A DNA stretch of 64,000 nt, from positions 1 to 64,000 of the forward strand of contig CBDBHE010000002.1 in the NCBI GenBank assembly GCA_965205605.1, written 5' to 3'. The notes under the pieces are model-generated. The model had not been told where the DNA came from. It worked only from the letters and a program-made list of their open reading frames with translations, and searched no databases. Source of the DNA: Spirochaetota bacterium (GTDB lineage Bacteria > Spirochaetota > UBA12135 > COTS27 > CBDBHE01). Below, in pieces: positions 46,106 through 55,373 of the stretch. Numbering within the stretch: position 1 is the first letter of the stretch; every line of letters begins with the position of its first letter. Both the position numbers and the translations under genes were made by a program.

Positions 46106-48301
46106 ATGGTAAAAAAAATATTAGCTTTTTTAAAAAAAATATTTGGTTATTATAGCCAGTTTTTTTTATATCTTTTTATTATCTTTCTTTTTATTATTGC
46201 TTCTAATATTATTTTTTTTAGAATCGATTTGACAAAATCTCAAGTTTTTTCACTTTCTAAACCGAGTAAAAAATTAGTTTCTGATTTAGTTGTTCCTCTT
46301 CGTATCAAAGTCTTTTTCTCAAAAAATTTACCCGCTCCTCATAATAATACAGAGCGTAATTTGAAAGATCTTTTAGAAGAATATTCTCTTGCTGGTAATA
46401 AGTATTTTTCATATAAGTTTTATGATTGTTCTCTTGGTAAAGAAGATTCTTCTGAAAAAATCAAAAAAAATATAGAAGTAGCAGGTTCTTATAATATTTA
46501 CCCAGTCCAAAGACAAATCATAGAAAAAGATGAAGTAAAATTTACACGTGTGTATATGGGGATTATTATTGAACATGGAGATATTGTAGAGCAAATTGCT
46601 GATTTAAGTGATACGTATGCTTTAGAATATCGTTTTTCTCAAATTATCCAAAGAATGCATAATAAGATTAATGCGCTTGCTAGTTTAAAAGAAGATATTA
46701 AAATCAAGCTTTTTTTATCTTCTTCTCTTGAAAAAGTAGGCCCACACATTAATATCAAAAATCTCTCTGAAGTCCCAAAGAAAATGCAAGAAGTCATTAA
46801 AGCTTGTCAAAAAAGAAATTATGGGAAAGTAAAATATACTTTTTTGGACTCTTCAAAAGATTTAAATGTTAAAAAAAAGGCAGAGAGTTATAAGCTTCAA
46901 CCATTAAGTTGGGGGGATGATAAACGAATCAATCTTAAAGCAGGTGAAGGGTATGCTTCTTTAGTGATTGAACATGGGGAAAAAGAAGAAGTTATTTCTT
47001 TAATTAAAATAGCCCAGCTCCCTATTTTTGGTGTTAGTTATTCATTGGAGAAAATTGAAGATTTAGAAAATAGAATTAATTCTCTTATTGACAACCTTCT
47101 TAATATTAATGAAAAAGTAGCTTATCTTAAAGATAAAAGAGGTCTTGATATCTCTCTTCCTATAAGAAACTTTCAAAGAAATACACCTCCAGGCCCCGGT
47201 GGTAATTTTAATCAATTAGTTTCAAAAAATTATGACATTAGTGAAATCACGGCCTATGAGCTTACTAAAAACTATAAAGCTCTCATTATTGCAGGAGTCA
47301 AAGAATTTTTTAGAGAAAGAGAGCTTTTTCTCATCGATCAATTTCTTCTTTCTGGTAGATCGCTTATTATTTTTCAAGATGCTTTTGAAGAGGTTGCTAA
47401 CAAGCAATTAGGGGCTTATGGTGCTCCAAGCTACAATCCTATTAATACGGGTTTAGGAAAACTTTTAAATCATTATGGAGTGGTGATTGAAAAAGGTATT
47501 GTTTTAGATCAGATTTGTTATGAGCAGTTAAAAGATCCTCAAAGAGGGGGGGGTAAACAAGCGGTTTATTTTATTCCTAAAGTTTTACATAAGCAGATTA
47601 ATACTCGTTTTATCGCCTTAAAAGGAATTAAGGAAATTTATGCTAATAGAACAAGTCCGCTTTCTTTTAATGAAGAGATTCTTAAAAAAAACAAAATTCA
47701 GAAAACTGTTTTATTCTCTTCAAGTCCTAAAAGTTGGGTTTTGAAAGATAGAATTATTTTAACACCTGGCTATATGGTTCCACCTAAAGAAGAGTATTTA
47801 AAATCTTTCCCTTTAGCTGCTTTACTTGAAGGAGAATTTACGAGTTATTTTTCAGAAATAGGTCCTCCAGAAGAAATTTCTCAAGAAAATCAAGGAACTA
47901 CAAGCTTGCCCTTAATTAAGGAAACTTTTATTAAAAAAGGAAAGAAAGGGAAAATTTTTATTATGGGGACATCAGGTAATATTAGAAATGAAATTTTATC
48001 TCCTCAAGGGGAGTTTGCAAATAGTCCTATTTTAAGAGGAAATGCGATTTTTATTAATAATCTTGTTGACTATATGAACGATCGAAAAAATTGGGCTTTA
48101 ATGCGAGGAAAAGGAGATATGCGAAACCCACTTGTTCCTTATAATGTTAAGTCTAATATTATTGCTCGTTTTTTTACTAATCGAGATTTGATTCGTATTT
48201 TTGGGATTTATTGTTTGCCTATTTTAATGATTTTTGTAGGTTTTCTTTTTTATTCTAAAAGAAGAAAAAAGAAAAAAGTAATAAAAGAGCTTTTTAGTTA
48301 A
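46106..48301 (+). CDS. GldG-family ABC auxiliary protein
   Basis: RIDLT....FSLS..S, LEY, IDQFL..G, N..F..N.VDY; TM at both ends. Confidence 0.85.
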   Translation: MVKKILAFLKKIFGYYSQFFLYLFIIFLFIIASNIIFFRIDLTKSQVFSLSKPSKKLVSDLVVPLRIKVFFSKNLPAPHNNTERNLKDLLEEYSLAGNKYFSYKFYDCSLGKEDSSEKIKKNIEVAGSYNIYPVQRQIIEKDEVKFTRVYMGIIIEHGDIVEQIADLSDTYALEYRFSQIIQRMHNKINALASLKEDIKIKLFLSSSLEKVGPHINIKNLSEVPKKMQEVIKACQKRNYGKVKYTFLDSSKDLNVKKKAESYKLQPLSWGDDKRINLKAGEGYASLVIEHGEKEEVISLIKIAQLPIFGVSYSLEKIEDLENRINSLIDNLLNINEKVAYLKDKRGLDISLPIRNFQRNTPPGPGGNFNQLVSKNYDISEITAYELTKNYKALIIAGVKEFFRERELFLIDQFLLSGRSLIIFQDAFEEVANKQLGAYGAPSYNPINTGLGKLLNHYGVVIEKGIVLDQICYEQLKDPQRGGGKQAVYFIPKVLHKQINTRFIALKGIKEIYANRTSPLSFNEEILKKNKIQKTVLFSSSPKSWVLKDRIILTPGYMVPPKEEYLKSFPLAALLEGEFTSYFSEIGPPEEISQENQGTTSLPLIKETFIKKGKKGKIFIMGTSGNIRNEILSPQGEFANSPILRGNAIFINNLVDYMNDRKNWALMRGKGDMRNPLVPYNVKSNIIARFFTNRDLIRIFGIYCLPILMIFVGFLFYSKRRKKKKVIKELFS

Positions 48302-48310
48302 AAGAAACCA

Positions 48311-49282
48311 ATGATGAATAAAAGTAATAAAATTTTAATTATTATTGCCTCGAGCTTACTTTTAATAATTTTTATCCATCGACTCAAGCCTCTTTTGAAA
48401 AAGCCTAAAGAGATCAAAGCAATTGAACCCCCAATTAATAAAGTGATTATTCATAATCCAAAATTGGAAATAATGCATGTTTTTGTTCAAAAAGATCAAG
48501 TTTGGTTTTTGGGAGAAAAAAAATATGAAGTCGATAGACAAGCTATTAGTAATCTTTTAATTGAAATTAAAAAATCAAGAAACATTGAACTTGTTTCAGA
48601 GTTAGATGATGATTTTAAATATAATCTTGGAAGCAGTAATCGTATTAAGGTAGAAGCTTTTGGTGATAATAAATTGATCAGAACTCTTTTTATTGGTAAA
48701 GAAAGTGCTACTTATCATTATCGATATTTGAAGTATGATAAAAATCCTTTTATTTACCAAACAAAAGATACTTTTAAAGGAAAGTTTCAATTATCAACAA
48801 CAGATTTTAGAAATAGACAAGTCTTTTCTTTTGCTGAAAATCAAGTGACTTCAATAAAACTCGAAGATTTAAATAAAGATTCTCTTGTTATTAGTAAAGA
48901 GATCTCTAATGGAAATAAAGACAAAGAAAGTAAAAAAGATGAAGATTCTTCTTTAGGCTTTGTTTGGCAAGATTCTTTAAAAAGACGGTATAAAAATCAA
49001 GAAATCACAGCTTTTATTAATATTCTTGGTAATCTTAAAGTGGATTCTTTTTTAGAAGAAACTTCTAAATCACTTGAAATAAAAAAGATTAAAAGAAAAA
49101 TTACTATTAATACAGCAAATAAAGTTTATGAGCTTATCATTCTTAAAGATAAAAAACTAAATCAAATTTACACTCCTAGTAAAAAATATGGATTTATTGT
49201 AAGTGCTTCAGATGCGGAAGTATTGAGTCGTAATTTTTCTCTTTCTTCTATTGAAGAGGAAGCGGGTAAAAATAAAAAGTAA
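48311..49282 (+). CDS. DUF4340-like protein
   Basis: N-terminal anchor, L.IGK, FR.R..F; typical fourth gene of GldA/F/G-like modules. Confidence 0.7.
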   Translation: MMNKSNKILIIIASSLLLIIFIHRLKPLLKKPKEIKAIEPPINKVIIHNPKLEIMHVFVQKDQVWFLGEKKYEVDRQAISNLLIEIKKSRNIELVSELDDDFKYNLGSSNRIKVEAFGDNKLIRTLFIGKESATYHYRYLKYDKNPFIYQTKDTFKGKFQLSTTDFRNRQVFSFAENQVTSIKLEDLNKDSLVISKEISNGNKDKESKKDEDSSLGFVWQDSLKRRYKNQEITAFINILGNLKVDSFLEETSKSLEIKKIKRKITINTANKVYELIILKDKKLNQIYTPSKKYGFIVSASDAEVLSRNFSLSSIEEEAGKNKK

Positions 49283-49321
49283 ATTTAAATAAATATATAG
49301 AGATTGGTTTAAAAAGTAATT

Positions 49322-49816
49322 GTGAGCGAAAATTTTTTTATTAGAGAGTATCATGATGAAGATCATGACTTAGTGTATAGTTTGATATTGTCTATTATTG
49401 AGTCGGAGTATCGAGATATTCCACCTGATTCTTATTTATTTGATATTGATCATTTTCATGATGTTTATAATGGCTCTAGGGATGCTTTTTGGGTCGTGGA
49501 GCAAAATTCTAAGAATCGTAAAGAAATTATTGGAACGATTGCCATTAAAGAAGATGATGAAAAAACGGCTCTTTTAAGAAGGTTTTTTGTTTCTCCAAGA
49601 TTTCGAGGTAAAGGAATAGGGAAACAGCTTTTTGAAACTACTTTGGAATTTTGTCAAAATAATCACTATAAAACAATTATTTTTATTGGAAATAATAAAA
49701 TGAATAAAGTAAATAAATTTCTTAAAAAAAGAAACTTCAAAGATATTGAAGTCATTGATTTAAAAAAAGAAAAAAAAGATTTGTTTGGAGTCTATAAACT
49801 TTCTTTTAAATGTTGA
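49322..49816 (+). CDS. GNAT acetyltransferase
   Basis: IIGTIAI, LRRFFV.P.FRGKGIG..L. Confidence 0.9.
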   Translation: MSENFFIREYHDEDHDLVYSLILSIIESEYRDIPPDSYLFDIDHFHDVYNGSRDAFWVVEQNSKNRKEIIGTIAIKEDDEKTALLRRFFVSPRFRGKGIGKQLFETTLEFCQNNHYKTIIFIGNNKMNKVNKFLKKRNFKDIEVIDLKKEKKDLFGVYKLSFKC

Positions 49817-49878
49817 TGTTTTATATCAACCTTGTCCTATTTTTATATTTCTTTAATATTTAAAATAAAAGAAAAAAA

Positions 49879-51420
49879 TTGACTTTTAAGCGTTCTATTA
49901 TTATTCTTGATTTTGGTTCTCAGTATACACAGCTCATTGCTCGTTGTGTACGTCAAATGAATGTTTACTCATTGATATTACCTTACAATGTTTCTGTAAA
50001 AGAAATTTTAAATTATACTCCTTTTGGTATTATCCTTTCAGGAGGCCCTTCTTCAGTTTATGCTAAGAAAAAACCTTTAATAAGTCCTTCCCTTCTTAAT
50101 ATGGGTATTCCCATTTTAGGGATTTGTTATGGGATGCAAATTTTAACTTTGATAATAGGTAGTAAAGTAAAAGCATCTGAAACAAGAGAGTATGGATATC
50201 AAAAAATTGAAATTATTAAAGAAAAATCTTTATTGTATAAAGGTATCAAAAAAAAACATTTAACGACTTGGATGAGCCATGGAGATCAAGTTGAAGGAGA
50301 TTTAAAAGATTTTGAAGTCACAGCAAGATCTGGTGAAATAGTGGCCTCTATCGAAAATTCTAAAAAGAAGATTTATGGGGTTCAATATCATCCTGAAGTA
50401 ACACATACTTCTTTGGGTTTTGAAATTTTATCCAATTTTGTTTTTGAGATTTGTAAGGCTAAAAATAATTGGTTTATCAGTTCTTTAATTCAAAACATGA
50501 CCCAAGAAATTAAAGAACAAGTAGGAAATAATAAAGTTATTTTAGGAGTTAGTGGAGGAGTAGATTCGATGGTGATGTCTGTTTTACTCCACAAGGCAAT
50601 AGGAGATCAGCTCACCTGTGTTTTTGTTAATAATGGGTTTTTACGTATAGGAGAAGCCGAAAAAGTTTGTAAGGTTTTTCAAGAATCTTTTAAAATATCT
50701 TTTAAATATATTGATGCAAGCAAACTTTTTTTGAAAAAAATAAAAGGAATAAAAAATCCAGAAAAAAAAAGAAAAATTATTGGGAAAATATTTTCCCGTG
50801 TTTTTTTTAAAGAGTTTGATAAAAAAACTTTTTTAGCTCAAGGGACTTTATACCCCGATGTGATTGAATCTGTTTCGGCAAAAGGTCCTTCCGAAACTAT
50901 TAAGACACATCATAATCGAGTCAAAGAGATTATTAAGTTAATAAAGCAAAAAAAAATTATTGAACCTTTTGAGACCTTCTTTAAAGATGAAGTTAGAGAA
51001 ATTGGGAAAACATTAAAAATATCAAAAAATATTTTATTAAGACAACCTTTTCCAGGCCCTGGTTTAGCAATTAGAGTGATAAGTAAAATCACAAATGAAA
51101 GGCTAGATATTTTAAGAAAAGCAGACCAGATTTTTTTAGAGGAAATTAAAAAAGCTAATTTATATTCATCCCTTTGGCAAAGTTTTTGTGTATTATTACC
51201 TATTAGATCAGTTGGTGTGATGGGAGATAAACGTTCGTATGAAAATACAATTGTGCTTCGAGGGGTAACGAGTTTAGATGGCATGACAGCGGATATTGCT
51301 GATTTTAAAAAATCATTTTTGACTCAAGTGACTTCTCGAATCATTGGGGAAGTGAAGGGAGTTAATCGAATTGTTTATGATATTACAAGTAAACCCCCTG
51401 GTACTATTGAATGGGAATAA
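49879..51420 (+). CDS. guaA: GMP synthase (glutamine-hydrolysing)
   Basis: LDFGSQY, GICYGMQ, HPEV, SGGVDS, QGTLYPDVIES, PFPGPGLAIR, KPPGTIEWE. Confidence 0.98.
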   Translation: MTFKRSIIILDFGSQYTQLIARCVRQMNVYSLILPYNVSVKEILNYTPFGIILSGGPSSVYAKKKPLISPSLLNMGIPILGICYGMQILTLIIGSKVKASETREYGYQKIEIIKEKSLLYKGIKKKHLTTWMSHGDQVEGDLKDFEVTARSGEIVASIENSKKKIYGVQYHPEVTHTSLGFEILSNFVFEICKAKNNWFISSLIQNMTQEIKEQVGNNKVILGVSGGVDSMVMSVLLHKAIGDQLTCVFVNNGFLRIGEAEKVCKVFQESFKISFKYIDASKLFLKKIKGIKNPEKKRKIIGKIFSRVFFKEFDKKTFLAQGTLYPDVIESVSAKGPSETIKTHHNRVKEIIKLIKQKKIIEPFETFFKDEVREIGKTLKISKNILLRQPFPGPGLAIRVISKITNERLDILRKADQIFLEEIKKANLYSSLWQSFCVLLPIRSVGVMGDKRSYENTIVLRGVTSLDGMTADIADFKKSFLTQVTSRIIGEVKGVNRIVYDITSKPPGTIEWE

Positions 51421-51499
51421 TTTTAGGACTTTAACTTATTATTTCTAGATGTGATAATATAAACAAGTGAATTGTTATTAATTTTTCAAGGAGATTTAA

Positions 51500-52219
51500 A
51501 TGTCAGGACATAGTAAATGGTCTACAATTAAGCATAAAAAAGCATCCGCTGACGCTAAAAGAGGTAAGCTTTTTAGTAAACTTGTAAAAGAAATTACAGT
51601 TGCAGCTAGAATTGGAGGAGATAATTTAAGCTCTAATATTAGGCTTCGTTCTGCTGTTAATAAAGCCAAAGAAGCTAGTATGCCTTCTAAAAATATTGAA
51701 AATGCTATTAAAAAGGGGGCTGGAAATAAAGATGGAGTCAAGTATGAAGAAGTTGTTTATGAAGGTTATGCCCCAGGAGGGGTGGCTATTTTAGTCCAAT
51801 GCCTTACTGATAATAAGAATAGAACTGTTTCAGAAGTACGTTTTACCTTTGGTAAAAATGGAGGTAATCTAGGAGAAAATGGTTCTGTTGCTTGGCAATT
51901 TGAAAAAGTAGGGACCGTTTATATTGAAAGATCTGTTATATCAGAAGAAAAAATTATTGAAGAAGCTTTAGAGGCAGGGTCTGAAGATGTGATTTCTAAT
52001 CAGGAAGGTTATGTCATTAAAGTAAAGCCAGATCAATTTGAAAGTTTGGTAGAAGCTTTAAAAAAAAAGCAGATTTCGATTGTTAATTCAGAAATAGAGA
52101 TGTATCCTAAAAATTTTGTGACGGTTTCTAAAGAAATAGGTGAAAAAATTCTTAAATTGACACAATTACTTGATGATCTTGATGATGTACAAAGTGTTTC
52201 AAGTAATGAAAGCTTTTAA
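51500..52219 (+). CDS. yebC: YebC/PmpR family protein
   Basis: MSGHSKWSTIKHKK, YEGY.PGG, TDNKNRT, DLDDVQ.V. Confidence 0.96.
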   Translation: MSGHSKWSTIKHKKASADAKRGKLFSKLVKEITVAARIGGDNLSSNIRLRSAVNKAKEASMPSKNIENAIKKGAGNKDGVKYEEVVYEGYAPGGVAILVQCLTDNKNRTVSEVRFTFGKNGGNLGENGSVAWQFEKVGTVYIERSVISEEKIIEEALEAGSEDVISNQEGYVIKVKPDQFESLVEALKKKQISIVNSEIEMYPKNFVTVSKEIGEKILKLTQLLDDLDDVQSVSSNESF

Positions 52220-52231
52220 ATAAAAGGTTGT

Positions 52232-52702
52232 ATGATTTTGGGAATTGATCCAGGGTTTGCAATAACAGGTTTTGCTGTTTTAAAAAATAACACTTCTCTT
52301 TTTTTACAAGAATGTGGGATTATTAAAACCTCTGTAAAAGATGATTTTCCAAAAAGACTCTTTGATGTAGAAAATAATTTACAAGAAATTACCAGTCATT
52401 ATTCTTTCTCTGGTGCTGCTGTTGAAAGTCTTTTTTTTTATGACAATAAAAAAACAGCCATTCATGTCGCTCATGCTCGAGGGGTTATTTTAAAAACACT
52501 TTATCAATTAAAAATTCCTACTTATGAATACACTCCCCCACAAGTAAAAAAAGCTCTAACCGGTAATGGTCATGCAACTAAATTAGAAGTACAAGGAATG
52601 GTTGAACGTATTTTAAATTTAAAAGATTTTTCTATTTCACAAGATGATGCTTGTGATGCCATTGCCATTGCCATTTGCCATTCTTATTTGATGAAGCGAT
52701 AA
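52232..52702 (+). CDS. ruvC: Holliday junction resolvase
   Basis: ILGIDPG, VE..FF, ARGV, EYTP.QVK.A.TG.G.A.K, DDACDAIAIA. Confidence 0.96.
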   Translation: MILGIDPGFAITGFAVLKNNTSLFLQECGIIKTSVKDDFPKRLFDVENNLQEITSHYSFSGAAVESLFFYDNKKTAIHVAHARGVILKTLYQLKIPTYEYTPPQVKKALTGNGHATKLEVQGMVERILNLKDFSISQDDACDAIAIAICHSYLMKR

Positions 52703-52707
52703 TTTTT

Positions 52708-53325
52708 ATGTATGATTATTTAGAAGGAAATTTTGTTGAAAAAAGACGGCAATATTTGATTTTGGATGTGGGCGGAATTGGGTATAAGCTTTTTGTTCCT
52801 TTGCATATCAATCAGGATCCATTTGATTTATTTAGTAAAATTAAACTTTATATATATATGCAGCAAACTGAAGAAACCATTAATTTATATGGTTTTCTAG
52901 ATAAAAAAGAAAGGGATTTTTTTGAGAAACTTATTTCGATTTCTGGTATAGGGCCTAAACTTGCTATTAAGATTCTTTCTTCTGTTTCTTATGTAACAAT
53001 GGTTGAAATGATTTTACTTGAAGATAAAGAAGGTTTAAAAAAAATACAGGGTTTAGGGCCCAAAACAGCCATTAAAGTTTTAGTTGACTTAAAAGATAAA
53101 CTTAAAGATTTTCCGATTTATTTAGACGTTTCATCAAAAGCATCTACAGGCAGTACCCGTCAATTGGAGTTTATCATAGAGCTTAAACAGGCTCTTGGTA
53201 CATTGGGTTATAAAGATTTTGAAATAATAAAGGTAATTGATCTTCTTAGTAAAGAAAAAAAACTAACTGACCTTGAAACGAGCATTAAAGCAGCTTTGTT
53301 AATTTTGTCACCTTTAAAAAAATAA
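52708..53325 (+). CDS. ruvA: Holliday junction branch migration protein
   Basis: MYDYLEG, V.GIGY, LYGF....ER..F..LI..SGIGPK.A, AL..LGY. ATG at 52708 preferred over 52675. Confidence 0.95.
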   Translation: MYDYLEGNFVEKRRQYLILDVGGIGYKLFVPLHINQDPFDLFSKIKLYIYMQQTEETINLYGFLDKKERDFFEKLISISGIGPKLAIKILSSVSYVTMVEMILLEDKEGLKKIQGLGPKTAIKVLVDLKDKLKDFPIYLDVSSKASTGSTRQLEFIIELKQALGTLGYKDFEIIKVIDLLSKEKKLTDLETSIKAALLILSPLKK

Positions 53326-53336
53326 AGGAAACTCCT

Positions 53337-54395
53337 GTGTTTGAAAAGAAAACAACCATCACAAGTCCTGATGATTTTCATTTGCATCTTAGAGAAGGGA
53401 AGATGATGAAAGCGGTGTTGCCTTACACAAGTGCTATTTTTTCTAGAGCTTTAATTATGCCTAATTTAACTTCTCCTATTGACACGGTTTCTAAAGCCTT
53501 GACTTATAGAAATCAAATCTTAAAAGCTCTCCCTAAAGGTCATTTTTTTGATCCTTTAATGACTCTGTATATGACAAAAAATTTTTCAGCTAAAGAAATC
53601 ATTAAAGCAAAACAAAATCCTTTTATTTTAGGGGTTAAATATTATCCTGCTGGAGTCACTACAAATGCTTATTTTGGATTTAAAAATCAGGATAAGCTTT
53701 TTTCTATTTTAGAAACTATGGAAAAAGAAGCCTTACCTCTTATGATTCATGGGGAAATTCCAGATGAAAGTGTTGATGTTTTTGATTTAGAAAAATTTTT
53801 CATTGATAAAATGTTAAAGCCTATTGTAAAAAAATTTAAAAAATTAAAAATAACTTTAGAACATATTACTACAAAAGAAGCTTGTGAGTTTATCGAAGAA
53901 CATAAAAACCAACTAGGAGCAACGATTACCATTCATCATTTATTATTAAATAGAAATGATTTGCTTTTAAGAAAAATAAAACCACATTATTATTGTTTGC
54001 CTATTTTAAAACGAGAAGTCCATAGGAGAGCTATTGTAAAAGCAGCAACCTCAGGAAAGAAATGTTTTTTTTTAGGGACTGATAGTGCTCCTCATTCGAT
54101 TGAACAAAAACAATCTTCTTGTGGATGTGCAGGTATTTTTTCAGCTCCTATTGCGATGCAAGTTTGTGCTGACATTTTTGAAAAAGAAAATAAGCTACAA
54201 AATCTTGAAGCTTTTTCAAGCTTAAACGGAGCTTTTTTTTATGGTTTAAAAAAAAATAATACCAAAATTACTCTTATCAAAAAAAGAATAACAAATAACC
54301 GTCTTTGTTATTATGATCAAAAAAAATTCATTAGACCTTTTCTTTATAAAAAAAATATTGAATGGAGTATTTTAGAAAAAAGATTATTAAAATAA
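53337..54395 (+). CDS. pyrC: Dihydroorotase (homodimeric, E. coli type)
   Basis: PDDFHLHLR, MPNL, KYYPAG.TTN, HGE, EHITT, CLPILK, FLGTDSAPH. Confidence 0.95.
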   Translation: MFEKKTTITSPDDFHLHLREGKMMKAVLPYTSAIFSRALIMPNLTSPIDTVSKALTYRNQILKALPKGHFFDPLMTLYMTKNFSAKEIIKAKQNPFILGVKYYPAGVTTNAYFGFKNQDKLFSILETMEKEALPLMIHGEIPDESVDVFDLEKFFIDKMLKPIVKKFKKLKITLEHITTKEACEFIEEHKNQLGATITIHHLLLNRNDLLLRKIKPHYYCLPILKREVHRRAIVKAATSGKKCFFLGTDSAPHSIEQKQSSCGCAGIFSAPIAMQVCADIFEKENKLQNLEAFSSLNGAFFYGLKKNNTKITLIKKRITNNRLCYYDQKKFIRPFLYKKNIEWSILEKRLLK

Positions 54396-54422
54396 TTGAT
54401 AATTAATATCACAATCAATCAA

Positions 54423-55346
54423 ATGAAAAATCAAAATATTTTAATTTGCGGAGGGACAGGTTTTATTGGTCAATATTTAATACGTTCATTTCTTAACGAA
54501 AAAAAAAAGATTGTTGTTTTAACTAGAAATATTAATCGAGCTAAAAAGATTTTCCCTAAAGAAATCACTCTTTATGAGTGGGCTTCTCCTTTGACAGAGT
54601 TGCCGCCAAAAAAAGCTTTTAGCTCTCTTAAAGGAATTATTAATCTTTCTGGAGAAAATGTAAGTCAGCGGAGATGGTCATTAATTCAAAAAAAAAAAAT
54701 TTTAGAATCAAGAGTTTTATTGACTCGAAATCTTGTTAGAGCAATTGAGAAATATCATGATCATCATAATCTGCCTGTTTATATAGGGGCTTCTTCTATT
54801 GGGTATTATGAAAAAAATAAACAAGAGCCGTTAGATGAGAACGCTCTTTTAGGAAATGATTTTCTAGCTTTGGTTTGTGATGCTTGGGAAAAAGAAATTT
54901 TTTCTTTAAAAAAAGCTAAAAGAAAAATTATTTTTAGAATAGGTATTGTGATAGGAAAAGAAGGAGGGGTCATCAAAAAACTTGTTCCAATCTTTCATTT
55001 TTTTTTTGGAGCAATTTTAGGATCGGGCAAACAAATGATGAGTTGGATCCATATAGAAGATTTTTCTCAAATGATTCGAAATGCTTTAGAAAACCCTTCT
55101 TATACAGGAGTTTATAATGCAACTAGTCCACAACCTATTAGTAATAAGGATTTTAGTAAAGCAATTGCTAAAAAATTAAGACGAATTGTTTTTTTAAAAA
55201 TCCCTTCTTTTTTTTTAAAAATTGTTTTAGGAGAAATGGCATCTTTGCTTTTAGATGGACAACATGTTTATCCTAAAAAAATCCTTTTAAAAGGATTTCG
55301 TTTTCGTTATTCTAATTTTTATAGAGGTTTAAAAAAAATTCTATAA
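54423..55346 (+). CDS. TIGR01777/YfcH-family NAD-dependent epimerase-like oxidoreductase
   Basis: GGTGFIG, INLSGE....RW....K..I..SR, FLA.VC..WE, GSGKQ.MSWIH..D. ATG 54423 preferred. Confidence 0.92.
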   Translation: MKNQNILICGGTGFIGQYLIRSFLNEKKKIVVLTRNINRAKKIFPKEITLYEWASPLTELPPKKAFSSLKGIINLSGENVSQRRWSLIQKKKILESRVLLTRNLVRAIEKYHDHHNLPVYIGASSIGYYEKNKQEPLDENALLGNDFLALVCDAWEKEIFSLKKAKRKIIFRIGIVIGKEGGVIKKLVPIFHFFFGAILGSGKQMMSWIHIEDFSQMIRNALENPSYTGVYNATSPQPISNKDFSKAIAKKLRRIVFLKIPSFFLKIVLGEMASLLLDGQHVYPKKILLKGFRFRYSNFYRGLKKIL

Positions 55347-55373
55347 AAATAAAAAACATTGTAAAAATAAAGA

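Noticed and set aside
44377-49282. Evidence for gliding motility
   Set aside because: GldA/F/G-like + DUF4340 modules are widespread in non-gliding bacteria, and there are no gldK-N/spr genes here.
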